DNA of 64,000 nucleotides from Sedimentisphaerales bacterium (GTDB lineage Bacteria; Planctomycetota; Phycisphaerae; Sedimentisphaerales; SM23-30). The position numbers and the translations under genes were made by a program. Under the pieces are notes generated by a model. The model saw only the letters and a list, made by a program, of their open reading frames with translations. It was not told where the DNA came from and did no database searches. The stretch lies in NCBI GenBank assembly GCA_963666285.1, contig OY762711.1; one strand, given 5' to 3'. Below are positions 50,432 through 60,069 of the stretch, one piece after another. Each line of letters begins with the position of its first letter. Position 1 is the first letter of the stretch.

Positions 50432-51964
50432 TCAGCTTTTAGCAGTAATTGTAATCTCTTTCTTCTCTTCGATCTTACCGGCCAGAGGCCCGGCATCAAG
50501 GGAAATTGTCACAGTGTATTTACCGGCTTTTGGTTCTCGCCACGAGAACCCGCAAAGGCCGCCTCAACCATACTCCAGATCTTCAGAGGCAATTTGATTA
50601 TTGTCCTGATCAGCTATAGTAATATGAACCGGGATACCTTCTCTCCTGGTGCGGTTTTCTTCCTTGACGAGTTTATAAAAATCCCGGTAGGATTCTTTGG
50701 CGTTTCCAATGAAATCAACATCCAGATAAACGTGGGTTCCTTCGGCAAATTCAGATTTATACTCTTTATCCCCGTTGTAGCGTTTATTATACTCTACAGC
50801 GGTGATTTCCGTTTTTACATCTCCAAGTTCGACTTCGGTAGTTTTGTCAGCTTCAACGGAAAAAGAAGATTCACCTTCAAAAGAGGTACTGAATTCGTCA
50901 GTACTGTCTTTACCGAACTTTATCTGTCCATAAGAAAATCTGTAATCGCCAACCGGCAGTTCATTGATACCTTTATTGAACCTGAAGTTGATAGATCTGT
51001 CAGTTGCACCGTAAACAATGGCATAGGTCAAATCAGCTTTAAGCTCTTCTTTTCCTTTGAGCTTGATGGCAACCTTTCCGCGTTCACCTTTGTCTTCGGC
51101 TACAGTAGCGGAAAGAGTATCGTCGCTGGTGTCAGCATCATCGAATTTGATACGATAGAATTTGTCATTGAAGTAATTGATCGAACTTAGCGTATTGCTG
51201 TTGACATATCTATTGGTTTCGCTGCCTTTGACAATGCCTATGCTGCTGTTGCCGAATTTTGTATAGCTGCCGGCATGAAACGAAGTGAAAAGGTACACTT
51301 TGTATTCTTCGCCTTCGACTTTAGCTGTGCCTTCGAACATGCCCATCGGAGTCCAATAGGCACTCAGGTTGCCATTGTCGTTCAGCCTGGTACAAGCCAT
51401 TATCCTGAATGGAATTTCATTATTGTTACGTGTTTTATTTTGGAAATCAGGAGTTACAAAACATTTTCCATCGCCAAAAGGATTATTACCATTTTCTATG
51501 GGGCTGATTTTTTCATTTTCATCCAGCTTACCATCGCCGTTGAGGTCGAAGTATAGAGTGATAACAGAGTTGTCTTTCAGCTCAAACACCCCCGGACTGC
51601 CGCCTGGGAAATTTGATGTGTTGCATGCAATAAGCTTGTTTTTGGTTTGTTCCTGGACAGCTTTGAAAAATGTAGAATCGCTGCTGGTGGAGGTACCAAA
51701 CCCATACCAGCCGCAGGACGGATCAATATCGTCCTGTGTGCCGCTGCATCCACGATACTTCATTTCGAAAGTAACAGGCTCGCCGAGCTTTAACTGGCTC
51801 CAGTCGGGCGACTGCTCTTTCTTCTCCGGTTTTGTGCTAACCTGTTCTTTAACAGGTTCGGGCTGAACAGGAGTTTCAGTATCGGTTTCTTTTTTACATC
51901 CCGGACATACCATAATCCCGCAGATCAACAGGATCAGAGGCAGTCCCCGCCAAAGTTTCTTCAT
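50432..51964 (-). CDS. Lipoprotein, putative selenoprotein (UGA at 50566-50564 read as Sec; 510 aa)
   Basis: Lipoprotein-like signal (..IMVCPG/C). In-frame TGA followed by a SECIS-like hairpin and 43 sense codons (GGLCGFSWREPK...). The CDS itself is near certain; the Sec readthrough is inferred. Confidence 0.8.
50524..50563 (-). promoter_or_regulatory. Putative bacterial SECIS element
   Basis: UGA-GGCGGCCUUUGCG-GGUUCUCG-UGG-CGAGAACC-AAAAGCCG: 8-bp apical stem with G in the loop, plus a lower stem. Confidence 0.75.
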
Positions 51965-52147
51965 GACAATTGTCCCTTCTAAATTACAGGCCGAATTTAA
52001 CGATGCTACCTTAAGCAACTGATAAACATAACCTTACAATAAATTGTGCAAAATACAATTCATTCACTACTGCCAGATAGATTTTAACGTTAACTATTTT
52101 AGAACACAAGGATTTATTATTGGAGTTGAAAAAGTCAGGCTAAGATA

Positions 52148-52924
52148 CTATTGCCAGGATTCTCTGATTGTTTGTCGAAACAGATCGTTTAGGGTATCCA
52201 TATTTATATCGCCGATCGGAGCAGTTTCGCAATAATTCTGTGCCCAGCTGAGTTTGTTTTGAATAAACTCTTCGAGTACCGGTATTTTGGGGCCGAGCCC
52301 GATCTCAGATGTATGTTTTTTATCTTCCAGTAATATATTTGTAGCCTCAATCATTTCTTCGGGCAGTTCCAGTGCCGCCATAGTATCTTCAAATTTCATG
52401 GGCGGAATACTATTTTTCTGATAGAGCCAAATAATATTCAGCAGCGGGCGCAGCACGTAGAAATACTTTTTGAGTTTAACCTGCTCTTTCGGTTGGACGT
52501 ATCGGCGGTAATTATTATCAGCCATATTCAGATAATGATAGGAGCAGGCTCGTTTTGAGAAACACTCCTCGGCAACCCGGAGCAGATTGTCACGGAAACT
52601 GCCGTAGCTGGTATATATGAAAGGTGATACCAGCCATTCCATTATTGTCGGATTTGATTTGGTAAACAGCCGCAGCGATTTACGCAGGTCCCAGCCGGAA
52701 ATGTCCAGTATTTCATTCACGGGCAGCTCGATAACGTCCCTGGCTTCCAGAATAGTGAGGTACCAGTCTGGTTTATTGACATAGATAAATCTGACATCAT
52801 AGTCGCTATCAGGTGACTCGAACCCCCAGCTTCTGCTGCCGGATTCGATGGCCCAGAGGATACGAACATCGTGATCGATTTCTATCTGTTTGAGTTTTTG
52901 CTTTATCTCTTCTATTATTGACAT
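52148..52924 (-). CDS. Predicted nucleotidyltransferase (YcgL-like, Pol-beta superfamily)
   Basis: AIESGSRSWGFESPDSDYDVRFIY, GWDLRK, KKYFYVLRP. Confidence 0.92.
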   Translation of the reverse strand: MSIIEEIKQKLKQIEIDHDVRILWAIESGSRSWGFESPDSDYDVRFIYVNKPDWYLTILEARDVIELPVNEILDISGWDLRKSLRLFTKSNPTIMEWLVSPFIYTSYGSFRDNLLRVAEECFSKRACSYHYLNMADNNYRRYVQPKEQVKLKKYFYVLRPLLNIIWLYQKNSIPPMKFEDTMAALELPEEMIEATNILLEDKKHTSEIGLGPKIPVLEEFIQNKLSWAQNYCETAPIGDINMDTLNDLFRQTIRESWQ

Positions 52925-52975
52925 CTGAGTGTGTTCTCTTTTTTGAAATATGAATACTTTTTTTATAAGTATGTT

Positions 52976-53437
52976 TTAGTTGTCTTCGTTTTTTCGGCAA
53001 AAAGTATATGTTATAAATATAATCCCGGAAATAATGACTAATGACAGGATTATCATTTTAGGGTTAAGGAAATGTATCGAACGATATTTTGTGAAAGTTT
53101 TCAGTTTAGCTTTTGAAACTAATTTTGTTTCATCATTTTCGATTGATATTCCATTTGGATCTGACTTGTTACTATTGTCAGTCTGTCCTAGTGTAATATG
53201 TATAGGATAAACGGTATTTTCGTGATATGTATCGATCAGTATTTGTTTTTGTTTTACTGTTGATGTTTCAATTTTTTCTAAGTCTTCGGCGAGTTGGTAT
53301 ACTTCGTCAATATCTTTTATTACCTTGAATGAGTTTTTAGGTGTAGTTAAACTTTCTGAATCCTGGGATTTAATAGCATTAGTCGTGAAGCATTGAGTAA
53401 CGAGTAAAAACAATGCAATTTGTATGAGTTTTCCCAT
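52976..53437 (-). CDS. Hypothetical membrane protein
   Basis: Signal-like N-terminus, C-terminal TM helix, AAGGA RBS. Confidence 0.55.
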   Translation of the reverse strand: MGKLIQIALFLLVTQCFTTNAIKSQDSESLTTPKNSFKVIKDIDEVYQLAEDLEKIETSTVKQKQILIDTYHENTVYPIHITLGQTDNSNKSDPNGISIENDETKLVSKAKLKTFTKYRSIHFLNPKMIILSLVIISGIIFITYTFCRKNEDN

Positions 53438-53530
53438 ATTTTCCTTTCCAAATAAAATAATTTGCCTTTTATTATCTTAATTAATGTTTATTTGTCAAAT
53501 TGCTTGTATCTGTTACTAATCATAATAATG

Positions 53531-53560
53531 AAAAAAGCCCGCGGATGATCCGAGGGCTTT
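53531..53560 (-). terminator. Intrinsic terminator
   Basis: aaaaaagccc(g)cgga-tga-tccg(a)gggcttt. Confidence 0.75.
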
Positions 53561-53595
53561 GGTGTTGGTAAATGTATTTTGCAGTGGTTACGCTG

Positions 53596-54837
53596 TTATG
53601 CGAGGTCGAAAGTTTTTACACCGTCAACTACTTTGCAAACGTGAACCGCGTATTTGTCAGCGAAGTCCGGCCTGCTGCGTGGGTATGCCGTATCAACCGC
53701 ATCACGGATAGCGTCAACCGCGTCAGCCTTTGCCAGGCATCCGGCAGCACCTTTGTCGCCACCGCCCAGCATACGTTCTCCGTAAACGCCCGGCACACTG
53801 CGAACGATATCACACATAGTTTCCAGTTCAGGACCGGAAATGACATAGGTGTCACGCAATCCGATACCATCTTCGCGGAATATCTTGCCGACAGTTGCCA
53901 CGTCGCCGGCTTTCCATGCGTCCATCATTTCGTAGAAACGTTTCTGAGCACCGTAGATGTAGTCAAGTCTCTTGACCAGTTCCGGATAAGAACCGCTATA
54001 ATGAGAGCGTACCTTGTTGTATGTTGCTTCGTCTTTGACATCTGCGAGGCAGTTTAGCCCTTCGAAGTCTTTCTGCAGCATTTCAGCCAGCTGGTTACAT
54101 TCGTCGTGACGAATCTTGTATGTGCTTTTTTCCAGACCAGGTCTAACAGTTCCGGTGTCCATAACGACGATTCGGAAATCTTCTGCCCCTTCGCCCAAAG
54201 GCACATAAGAAATTTGTTTTGTTTTTGGATCAAAGTGTGTGCCCATTCCTTCTTTGGCAAACATGATCATGGTCTGGTCGAGAATGCCACAAGGTGAACC
54301 GATATAGTCGTTTTCAACAGCCTGAGCAAGTTCAACCACGCGGAAATCGCTTTCAGGAGTGAGGTTAGATACTTCCATCATGGTCAGGATTAGGTTGATG
54401 CCGAGTGATGCACTTCTGCTCATGCCGCCGCCCGGGATATTGCCATATAGTACCGCGTCGAACCCTTCTGTAAGTTTGATGCCTTCGCGGCGCAGGATGA
54501 ATTCTGTGCCGTAAGGGAATCTGGCCCAGCTGTCAGCAACAGAAGGGTCTTTCGGGTCCGGCACATTGCCGATTTCGAATTCTACGATACCGTCGTCCGG
54601 GAAGTTTTCGCTGTGGAACCGCATTTTTTTAGTGCCGTTTGGTTTGTATGCCAGCCAGATAAAACGGTCAGTTCCGACGCCGAACAGTTCTGTACCGTTA
54701 TAATCACCGTGTTCTACGCCCAGGCAAAACCTTGACGAAGTTCTGCGGACCTTGCCGCCGGCGATATCGAGTCCTTTTTCTGATGCGGCCTTTTGCAGCC
54801 GCTGTGTCATTTCCTGATCAAGCTGTGTCATAGACAT
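53596..54837 (-). CDS. GHMP-family sugar kinase, galactokinase-like
   Basis: EHGDYNG, NIPGGGMSRSA, ENDYIGSPCGILDQ, SGPELE, GERMLGGG. Confidence 0.82.
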   Translation of the reverse strand: MSMTQLDQEMTQRLQKAASEKGLDIAGGKVRRTSSRFCLGVEHGDYNGTELFGVGTDRFIWLAYKPNGTKKMRFHSENFPDDGIVEFEIGNVPDPKDPSVADSWARFPYGTEFILRREGIKLTEGFDAVLYGNIPGGGMSRSASLGINLILTMMEVSNLTPESDFRVVELAQAVENDYIGSPCGILDQTMIMFAKEGMGTHFDPKTKQISYVPLGEGAEDFRIVVMDTGTVRPGLEKSTYKIRHDECNQLAEMLQKDFEGLNCLADVKDEATYNKVRSHYSGSYPELVKRLDYIYGAQKRFYEMMDAWKAGDVATVGKIFREDGIGLRDTYVISGPELETMCDIVRSVPGVYGERMLGGGDKGAAGCLAKADAVDAIRDAVDTAYPRSRPDFADKYAVHVCKVVDGVKTFDLA

Positions 54838-55121
54838 TCGTATAACCTCATATGTAGTAAGTATTAATAGTGTCTCTTTGCTTTTTTGATATAAATTTAA
54901 ACTCTGTAAATTCTAATCGCTTTGGTGGTATTATGCAATAAGTTTCGCATAATCAGTCAAATAAGTATATTTGGTTAAAAGGATTAAAATATTTGAATTT
55001 AGCTTAGTTCTTATCTTATAATTAATTAGATGCGTTTCTATATCTCAAACTGAGATTGTGGCCGGTTTGAGGATAAATGTGACAGTGACCACAAGTCTTT
55101 GGATATAAAGGAGTTGGTGTC

Positions 55122-55589
55122 ATGGAAATCAAAAACATACTATTCCCGACAGATTTTTCAGAGCATTCGATGGCGGCATATAGCTGTGTAGTTGATTTGG
55201 CCGAGAAATATAATGCCAAGGTTCACTGTCTGCATGTTGCCGATGACAGTTGTCATTACTGGATGTCAGGTGATGATTCGCTGGCTCCGGTTGTAATCTC
55301 TGAGAAAGAATTGGGCGAAAATGCTAAAGGGCTGCTGGAGCAGTTTGTCGATGAGAAGCTTGCTGCGATCAAAGACCGGCTTGAGGCTACCGTTATTGTC
55401 GGCAGGCCGTTTGCCGAGATTATTCGTTATGCACGTGAGAACGATATCGATCTCATCGTTATGAGTTCACACGGACATGGAGCGTTAGCAGCAATGCTGC
55501 TTGGCAGCGTAACGGAGAAGGTTGTTCGTAAGGCTCCTTGTGCGGTGTTGACTGTCCGAGATAAGCATCAGACCTTTGAGATGCCGTAA
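55122..55589 (+). CDS. Universal stress protein
   Basis: ILFPTDFS, DLIVMSSHG..LLGSVTEKVVRKAPCAVL. Confidence 0.95.
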   Translation: MEIKNILFPTDFSEHSMAAYSCVVDLAEKYNAKVHCLHVADDSCHYWMSGDDSLAPVVISEKELGENAKGLLEQFVDEKLAAIKDRLEATVIVGRPFAEIIRYARENDIDLIVMSSHGHGALAAMLLGSVTEKVVRKAPCAVLTVRDKHQTFEMP

Positions 55590-55626
55590 TATGGCAATGC
55601 CTTGACCAGTATTTTATCATGTTGTT

Positions 55627-57147
55627 TTAGTTAGTCATAACGTAGGTAATTATATTCATTCCCAGCTGTCGGGCAGAGGTTTGAGCGTAACCTTTGATCA
55701 TTGGATAGTAAGCGTCGAGCCAGCCGGCTTCGAGGTCCTGTGGGCTGTATATAACTTTGAGTTCACCGCCGATATTTATGCCCTGCAGTTTTGGCTTGCT
55801 GCCGGTTGCGGCGGCTTCAAGGATCGGTGAATATTCGACCTTGTCAATATTGAACAGGGAAGAATAAACAGGATGGTCGGCAGGAATATCTCTGAATGAA
55901 GTATTGGGCAGTACTTTAGCCATCTCTTGTTTAACCGCGGAGTCGAATGTAGTTAATCCCATACCGTTATTTATTAACAGGAATCCGCCGGTAGTAAGAT
56001 AGTTTCTTAATATAGCAACTTGTTTGTCTGAAAGGTCGAAACTGTCGAGCCCGGTGAGATAAAGAAACGGATATTGATCGAGATTGTCCTTACCAAGATC
56101 GATAGTGCGTCTTTGCAGGTTGACGCGGATCGCGGTATGTTTCCGCAGTTTCAGCATAAGAGCAGTAGCGGCACCAGGGTGGACATTCCAGGCACCGTTA
56201 TGCCTGATCTGTGCGAAGATAAATTCATCTGTTGGTATCTGTTGATCGGCAAGCGAGAACATTTCCGGTCTGCCCTCAACTATGCCGGGCTGGGCATATC
56301 CGACGATATATGCTGCCAGATTGATGCCGATTTCTGTTGCCGAACGTGCATCATAGAAGCTGGCTGCGGACAGCTGCAAGAGCGGGCCGGTATTCTGGTT
56401 CCAGCCGCAGCCGAGTCCGTATTTGCTGATAAGAAAACCAATTCGTGAACCGATGTATATCCCTTCAAGTTCCGGCAGGGCCACGTCGGGATTTCTGGGG
56501 TTATTGACATTTGTAATATTGACAAAAATGTGGTATATCGGATGGTCAAGCGGGATAGCTCTGACAGAGCTTTCGGGAAACATCTGCTCGGCCAGTTCGC
56601 GGGTTGAGTTATAGAAATAAGGGGAGCCCGCAATTGAGTCGCAGATTACCATACCACCTGATGTTATATACTGCCGGAGTGATTTCTGCTGAAGTTCGCC
56701 AAGCTTAAGCGATCGAGTGCCGGAAAAGAATAATGCCGGGAGCTGCTGAGGGTTATAATGGAAACTGTTAAGGTTGACATTCTGCCAGTGATAGTTAAGG
56801 TTAAGTTTACGTGAGTTTTGCATAAACTTTTCAATGTCTGTCGGGCAGAGGTTCCAGTCAGCGATTTCGAGTGTGTTGCCGGAAGAGTCCTGAAAGCTGG
56901 CAGATTGGCCCCATATGACTTTTCCGATAAGATAGTCCGGCTGCGGCGGTTTTTTACGTTCCGTCCGCCGAAGCGGGGTAGCCGGCAGCGGCAGCGGCGG
57001 CATAGCTTCTGCTGCTGAAATATTTTTTCGAGGTGCCTGGTAAGGCTTTTTGTCACCGAGATAGATAAACCAGTCATCTTCAGCAGCAAATACGGCAGGG
57101 CTTAGAGCCAGGCAAAGGGTCAGGATGTAAATAAGTTTTTGTCTCAT
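55627..57147 (-). CDS. Secreted tandem DUF4159-domain protein
   Basis: Two copies of 'LR.Y...GG......G...F', 'IP.DHP.Y' and 'GINL/GMNI..Y'. Confidence 0.8.
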   Translation of the reverse strand: MRQKLIYILTLCLALSPAVFAAEDDWFIYLGDKKPYQAPRKNISAAEAMPPLPLPATPLRRTERKKPPQPDYLIGKVIWGQSASFQDSSGNTLEIADWNLCPTDIEKFMQNSRKLNLNYHWQNVNLNSFHYNPQQLPALFFSGTRSLKLGELQQKSLRQYITSGGMVICDSIAGSPYFYNSTRELAEQMFPESSVRAIPLDHPIYHIFVNITNVNNPRNPDVALPELEGIYIGSRIGFLISKYGLGCGWNQNTGPLLQLSAASFYDARSATEIGINLAAYIVGYAQPGIVEGRPEMFSLADQQIPTDEFIFAQIRHNGAWNVHPGAATALMLKLRKHTAIRVNLQRRTIDLGKDNLDQYPFLYLTGLDSFDLSDKQVAILRNYLTTGGFLLINNGMGLTTFDSAVKQEMAKVLPNTSFRDIPADHPVYSSLFNIDKVEYSPILEAAATGSKPKLQGINIGGELKVIYSPQDLEAGWLDAYYPMIKGYAQTSARQLGMNIITYVMTN

Positions 57148-57986
57148 ACATTCTTTTTAGCAACTATGGCAAATTCATCTGAAGTTGGCAGAAATTGAGA
57201 ACCCGCAACATTTGAATAGAGATTGGTTATTTCAAATCCGACAGCGGTGAATTCGGCCTGAAGTGTTTCAGGGGTGAAATGCTGCAGCCAATTATATACA
57301 GTTCGAGTGCGGGCTGCTTCAACGATAGTGTATTTATCGAGAGTAACTTTTTCGTCGGGATATTTGAAGGTGTTTACAAATGCATAGTATTTGTCAGCAG
57401 ACCAGAAACTGTCAAGCTGGTTGAGCTCGTAGGTTGCTGATTCCTCACGGTTATCGAAAGCGTTTAGTGAATAGACATCAAGCAGTACAGCACCGCCCGG
57501 TTTTAGAATAGAGTAAAACTTATTTACCATAAGTTTTCTCTGTTCAAAGCTGAGAGCACAGAAGTCGCACATGATCATCAGTACCAGGTCGAATTTTTTA
57601 TCAGTTTGGAACTCGAGGTAATTCTGATTCAAGTAGTCAATTTTAAGACCTAGTTCGTCAGCCGTTTTTTTGGCATATTGAATAGAGTTACTTGAAAAGT
57701 CGATACCGGTTACATTTGCACCTTTTTTGGCAAGGCGTGTGGTGTAAAGCCCCGGACCGCATCCGAAATCGATAATGTTTGTGTCTTTGGTGATGCCAAA
57801 CTGAGAATTTATCCATTCGACTGAATGCTCGATGAACTTTATCTGTCGAGAAGAAACGTCGATTTCATCATTGAGATGATAGTTGAGCATCTGTTGTGAT
57901 GTGTACTCGTCGTTCCATAAATCTTCGGCAGAGTAGAACTCAAACGGTTTTGGTCGTTCGTTTATTTGTTCAAGTAAATAAAACAT
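57144..57986 (-). CDS. Class I SAM-dependent methyltransferase
   Basis: IIDFGCGPGLY, GIDFS, LKPGG. ATG at 57986. Confidence 0.92.
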   Translation of the reverse strand: MFYLLEQINERPKPFEFYSAEDLWNDEYTSQQMLNYHLNDEIDVSSRQIKFIEHSVEWINSQFGITKDTNIIDFGCGPGLYTTRLAKKGANVTGIDFSSNSIQYAKKTADELGLKIDYLNQNYLEFQTDKKFDLVLMIMCDFCALSFEQRKLMVNKFYSILKPGGAVLLDVYSLNAFDNREESATYELNQLDSFWSADKYYAFVNTFKYPDEKVTLDKYTIVEAARTRTVYNWLQHFTPETLQAEFTAVGFEITNLYSNVAGSQFLPTSDEFAIVAKKNV

Positions 57987-58025
57987 AGTATATGTTATAA
58001 ACTCTGTATGACATTTAGTCAAAGG

Positions 58026-59606
58026 TTATTCCGGCCATATAAAAGTGGCAATTGACTGGCCGGGGATGTTATATACAAAATATTTTCTACTGCATTCAAC
58101 CAGGAAACCATGTGGTTTCGGATTGCTGTTATATACTACCAGTGAGATTTTGCCATCAGCCGTTTTGAAAGCGATAGTGTCAAGTTTTTCAGGGTTAGGA
58201 TCAGTGCTTTTTGCCTGTGTCTGGATACGAACGCAACCAGGCTGGGCTGCACGTGATAATTGGGCCATGGCATAGTATTCCCGTTCAAATTTAACTTCTT
58301 TGTATGTGTCTGTATTGATCGTGATAATACCCATAGCGGCAGAGTCGTCTCGGAGAGTCGGGCCGAATTTGTGATCGAGTGCCAGGTTCCATTGGAGAGA
58401 AACAGAGGCGAAGTTTTGCGGGCCGCCCATCCAGTTGTGCTGCATAGTCCAATTGATATCGCCAAACCATTGGCCGCGGTTTCTGCCCCATCCGCTGATT
58501 TCAGTGCAGAATATTAATTTGTCGGGAAATTCTTTGTGCATTGTTTTATAGGCTTGCTTCATTGCATCTGTTCCGCCTGAGTAGCAATGCCAGGCGGTCC
58601 CGGCTGCATATTGGCCGGCCTGCGGATCGTTAAGAATAGTGTGGCAGAGGTCAACAGGGTCGGCCTTGGTATCTCCACAGATTACAGGTCTGTCGTCAGG
58701 ATGGAGCTGCCAGTTATGGTCATGGATAAATATTTTTGTGTTTAAGTTTTTCTGTTTAAGCTTTGGCCCTAAAAAGCTAATAAGTTTAATTTGGTCATTT
58801 GCGTCCATTCTCATGCAGGGATACCTGGCTGCGTCAAACTGAGGTTCGTTTTGCAGGGTAACTGCATAAATATCGATTCCTTCATTTTTGTATGCCTCTA
58901 TTATTTTAACAAAGTATTCAGCGTAGGTTTCGAAGTATTCAGGTTTGAGTTTACATATTTTTCCGGCTTCTTTTTCATCTTTGGTTATGCCGATAAGGTT
59001 TTCGTTAGTTTTCATCCATGCCGGGGGCGACCATGGTGATCCCATAATTTTTATTGATGGGTTATAGCGGAGTGTTTCTTTCAGGGCTGGTATAATATAT
59101 TTTTTGTCGTGATCGATACTAAAGAGAGCCAGGTCTGGTGATTTCTGGTCGCAATAAGTGTAGTAGTTTTGAGTGGCGGTGTAGTCTGATGAACCGAGCG
59201 GTTTACGTAAAAAGCTAAATCCGGCACCATCGGTTGTGTCAAACAGTTTCTTCATGGTATAGTCATAAAGGGCAGGGTTTTTCTCTTTGAGCTGCATAAG
59301 TACATAAGCCGACGCGTCTGTCATTGATGCGCCATAGCCTTGCATTTGTTGGAAAGTACGGTTTGGCTTAATGATTATTCTGTATTTTTGCTTAGGTCTG
59401 GAAGGCTGAAGTGATATGGATTGTTTTTTAAAGAGTGTATAATTGCTGTCCTGGTTGATGTTGTACAGGGCAGTATCTGACCAGTTACCCATATCAGCTC
59501 TTTTAGTATCTCCGTCAGATATTTTAGTTTGCCATGAATTTATAGTTTGTGATTGGCATAAAGTTGAAATGAGCAAAATCGAGAGAATGGTAATTCTAAA
59601 TCGCAT
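58026..59606 (-). CDS. Glycoside hydrolase family 30, secreted
   Basis: FQQMQGYGASMTD, SPWSPPAWMK, QNEP (acid/base), FCTE (nucleophile), WNLALD. Confidence 0.92.
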   Translation of the reverse strand: MRFRITILSILLISTLCQSQTINSWQTKISDGDTKRADMGNWSDTALYNINQDSNYTLFKKQSISLQPSRPKQKYRIIIKPNRTFQQMQGYGASMTDASAYVLMQLKEKNPALYDYTMKKLFDTTDGAGFSFLRKPLGSSDYTATQNYYTYCDQKSPDLALFSIDHDKKYIIPALKETLRYNPSIKIMGSPWSPPAWMKTNENLIGITKDEKEAGKICKLKPEYFETYAEYFVKIIEAYKNEGIDIYAVTLQNEPQFDAARYPCMRMDANDQIKLISFLGPKLKQKNLNTKIFIHDHNWQLHPDDRPVICGDTKADPVDLCHTILNDPQAGQYAAGTAWHCYSGGTDAMKQAYKTMHKEFPDKLIFCTEISGWGRNRGQWFGDINWTMQHNWMGGPQNFASVSLQWNLALDHKFGPTLRDDSAAMGIITINTDTYKEVKFEREYYAMAQLSRAAQPGCVRIQTQAKSTDPNPEKLDTIAFKTADGKISLVVYNSNPKPHGFLVECSRKYFVYNIPGQSIATFIWPE

Positions 59607-60069
59607 GAATGTTCCTTTCAAAGAGCTGAGTTATTATTATCTGCGAAAAACCTTATAATCAGCCATTTTAGCGTATACATAAGTTTACAGTTTTTATATA
59701 TGTATATTCCGATAACTGTTAAATTTTGGACTCTTAAAATAAAATAATATAGAAATCTTAAGCAGAGATTTCATGATATCCCATTTCATTTGCGAATATA
59801 TTATCTGTATATCTGGTTAAATTACGAATAACTAAAATTGCGATCGTCCTATAAAATACACTTTCTGTTACCTGCAATTGGGAGTGTTACTTAGTTTTTT
59901 GTATATTAAACAATTACAACATTTATATCAATTTATATGTTTTTGTATATTGTTCCGGTTGTGGTTATAAATCCTGATATTCTAATTATGCAGTTTGTAT
60001 CACTTTTTGTCGATGGGATGGTCAACGTTATTATTTGTATAGTATTGTTAATTTTTTGAGGAAGATGCA

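Noticed and set aside
50532..50550. Hairpin as terminator of the 484-aa ORF
   Set aside because: No U-tract follows on the minus strand, and a proper terminator exists at 50352-50388.
50594..51866. + strand ORFs of 198, 93 and 165 aa
   Set aside because: Antisense to the lipoprotein gene, with no coding features.
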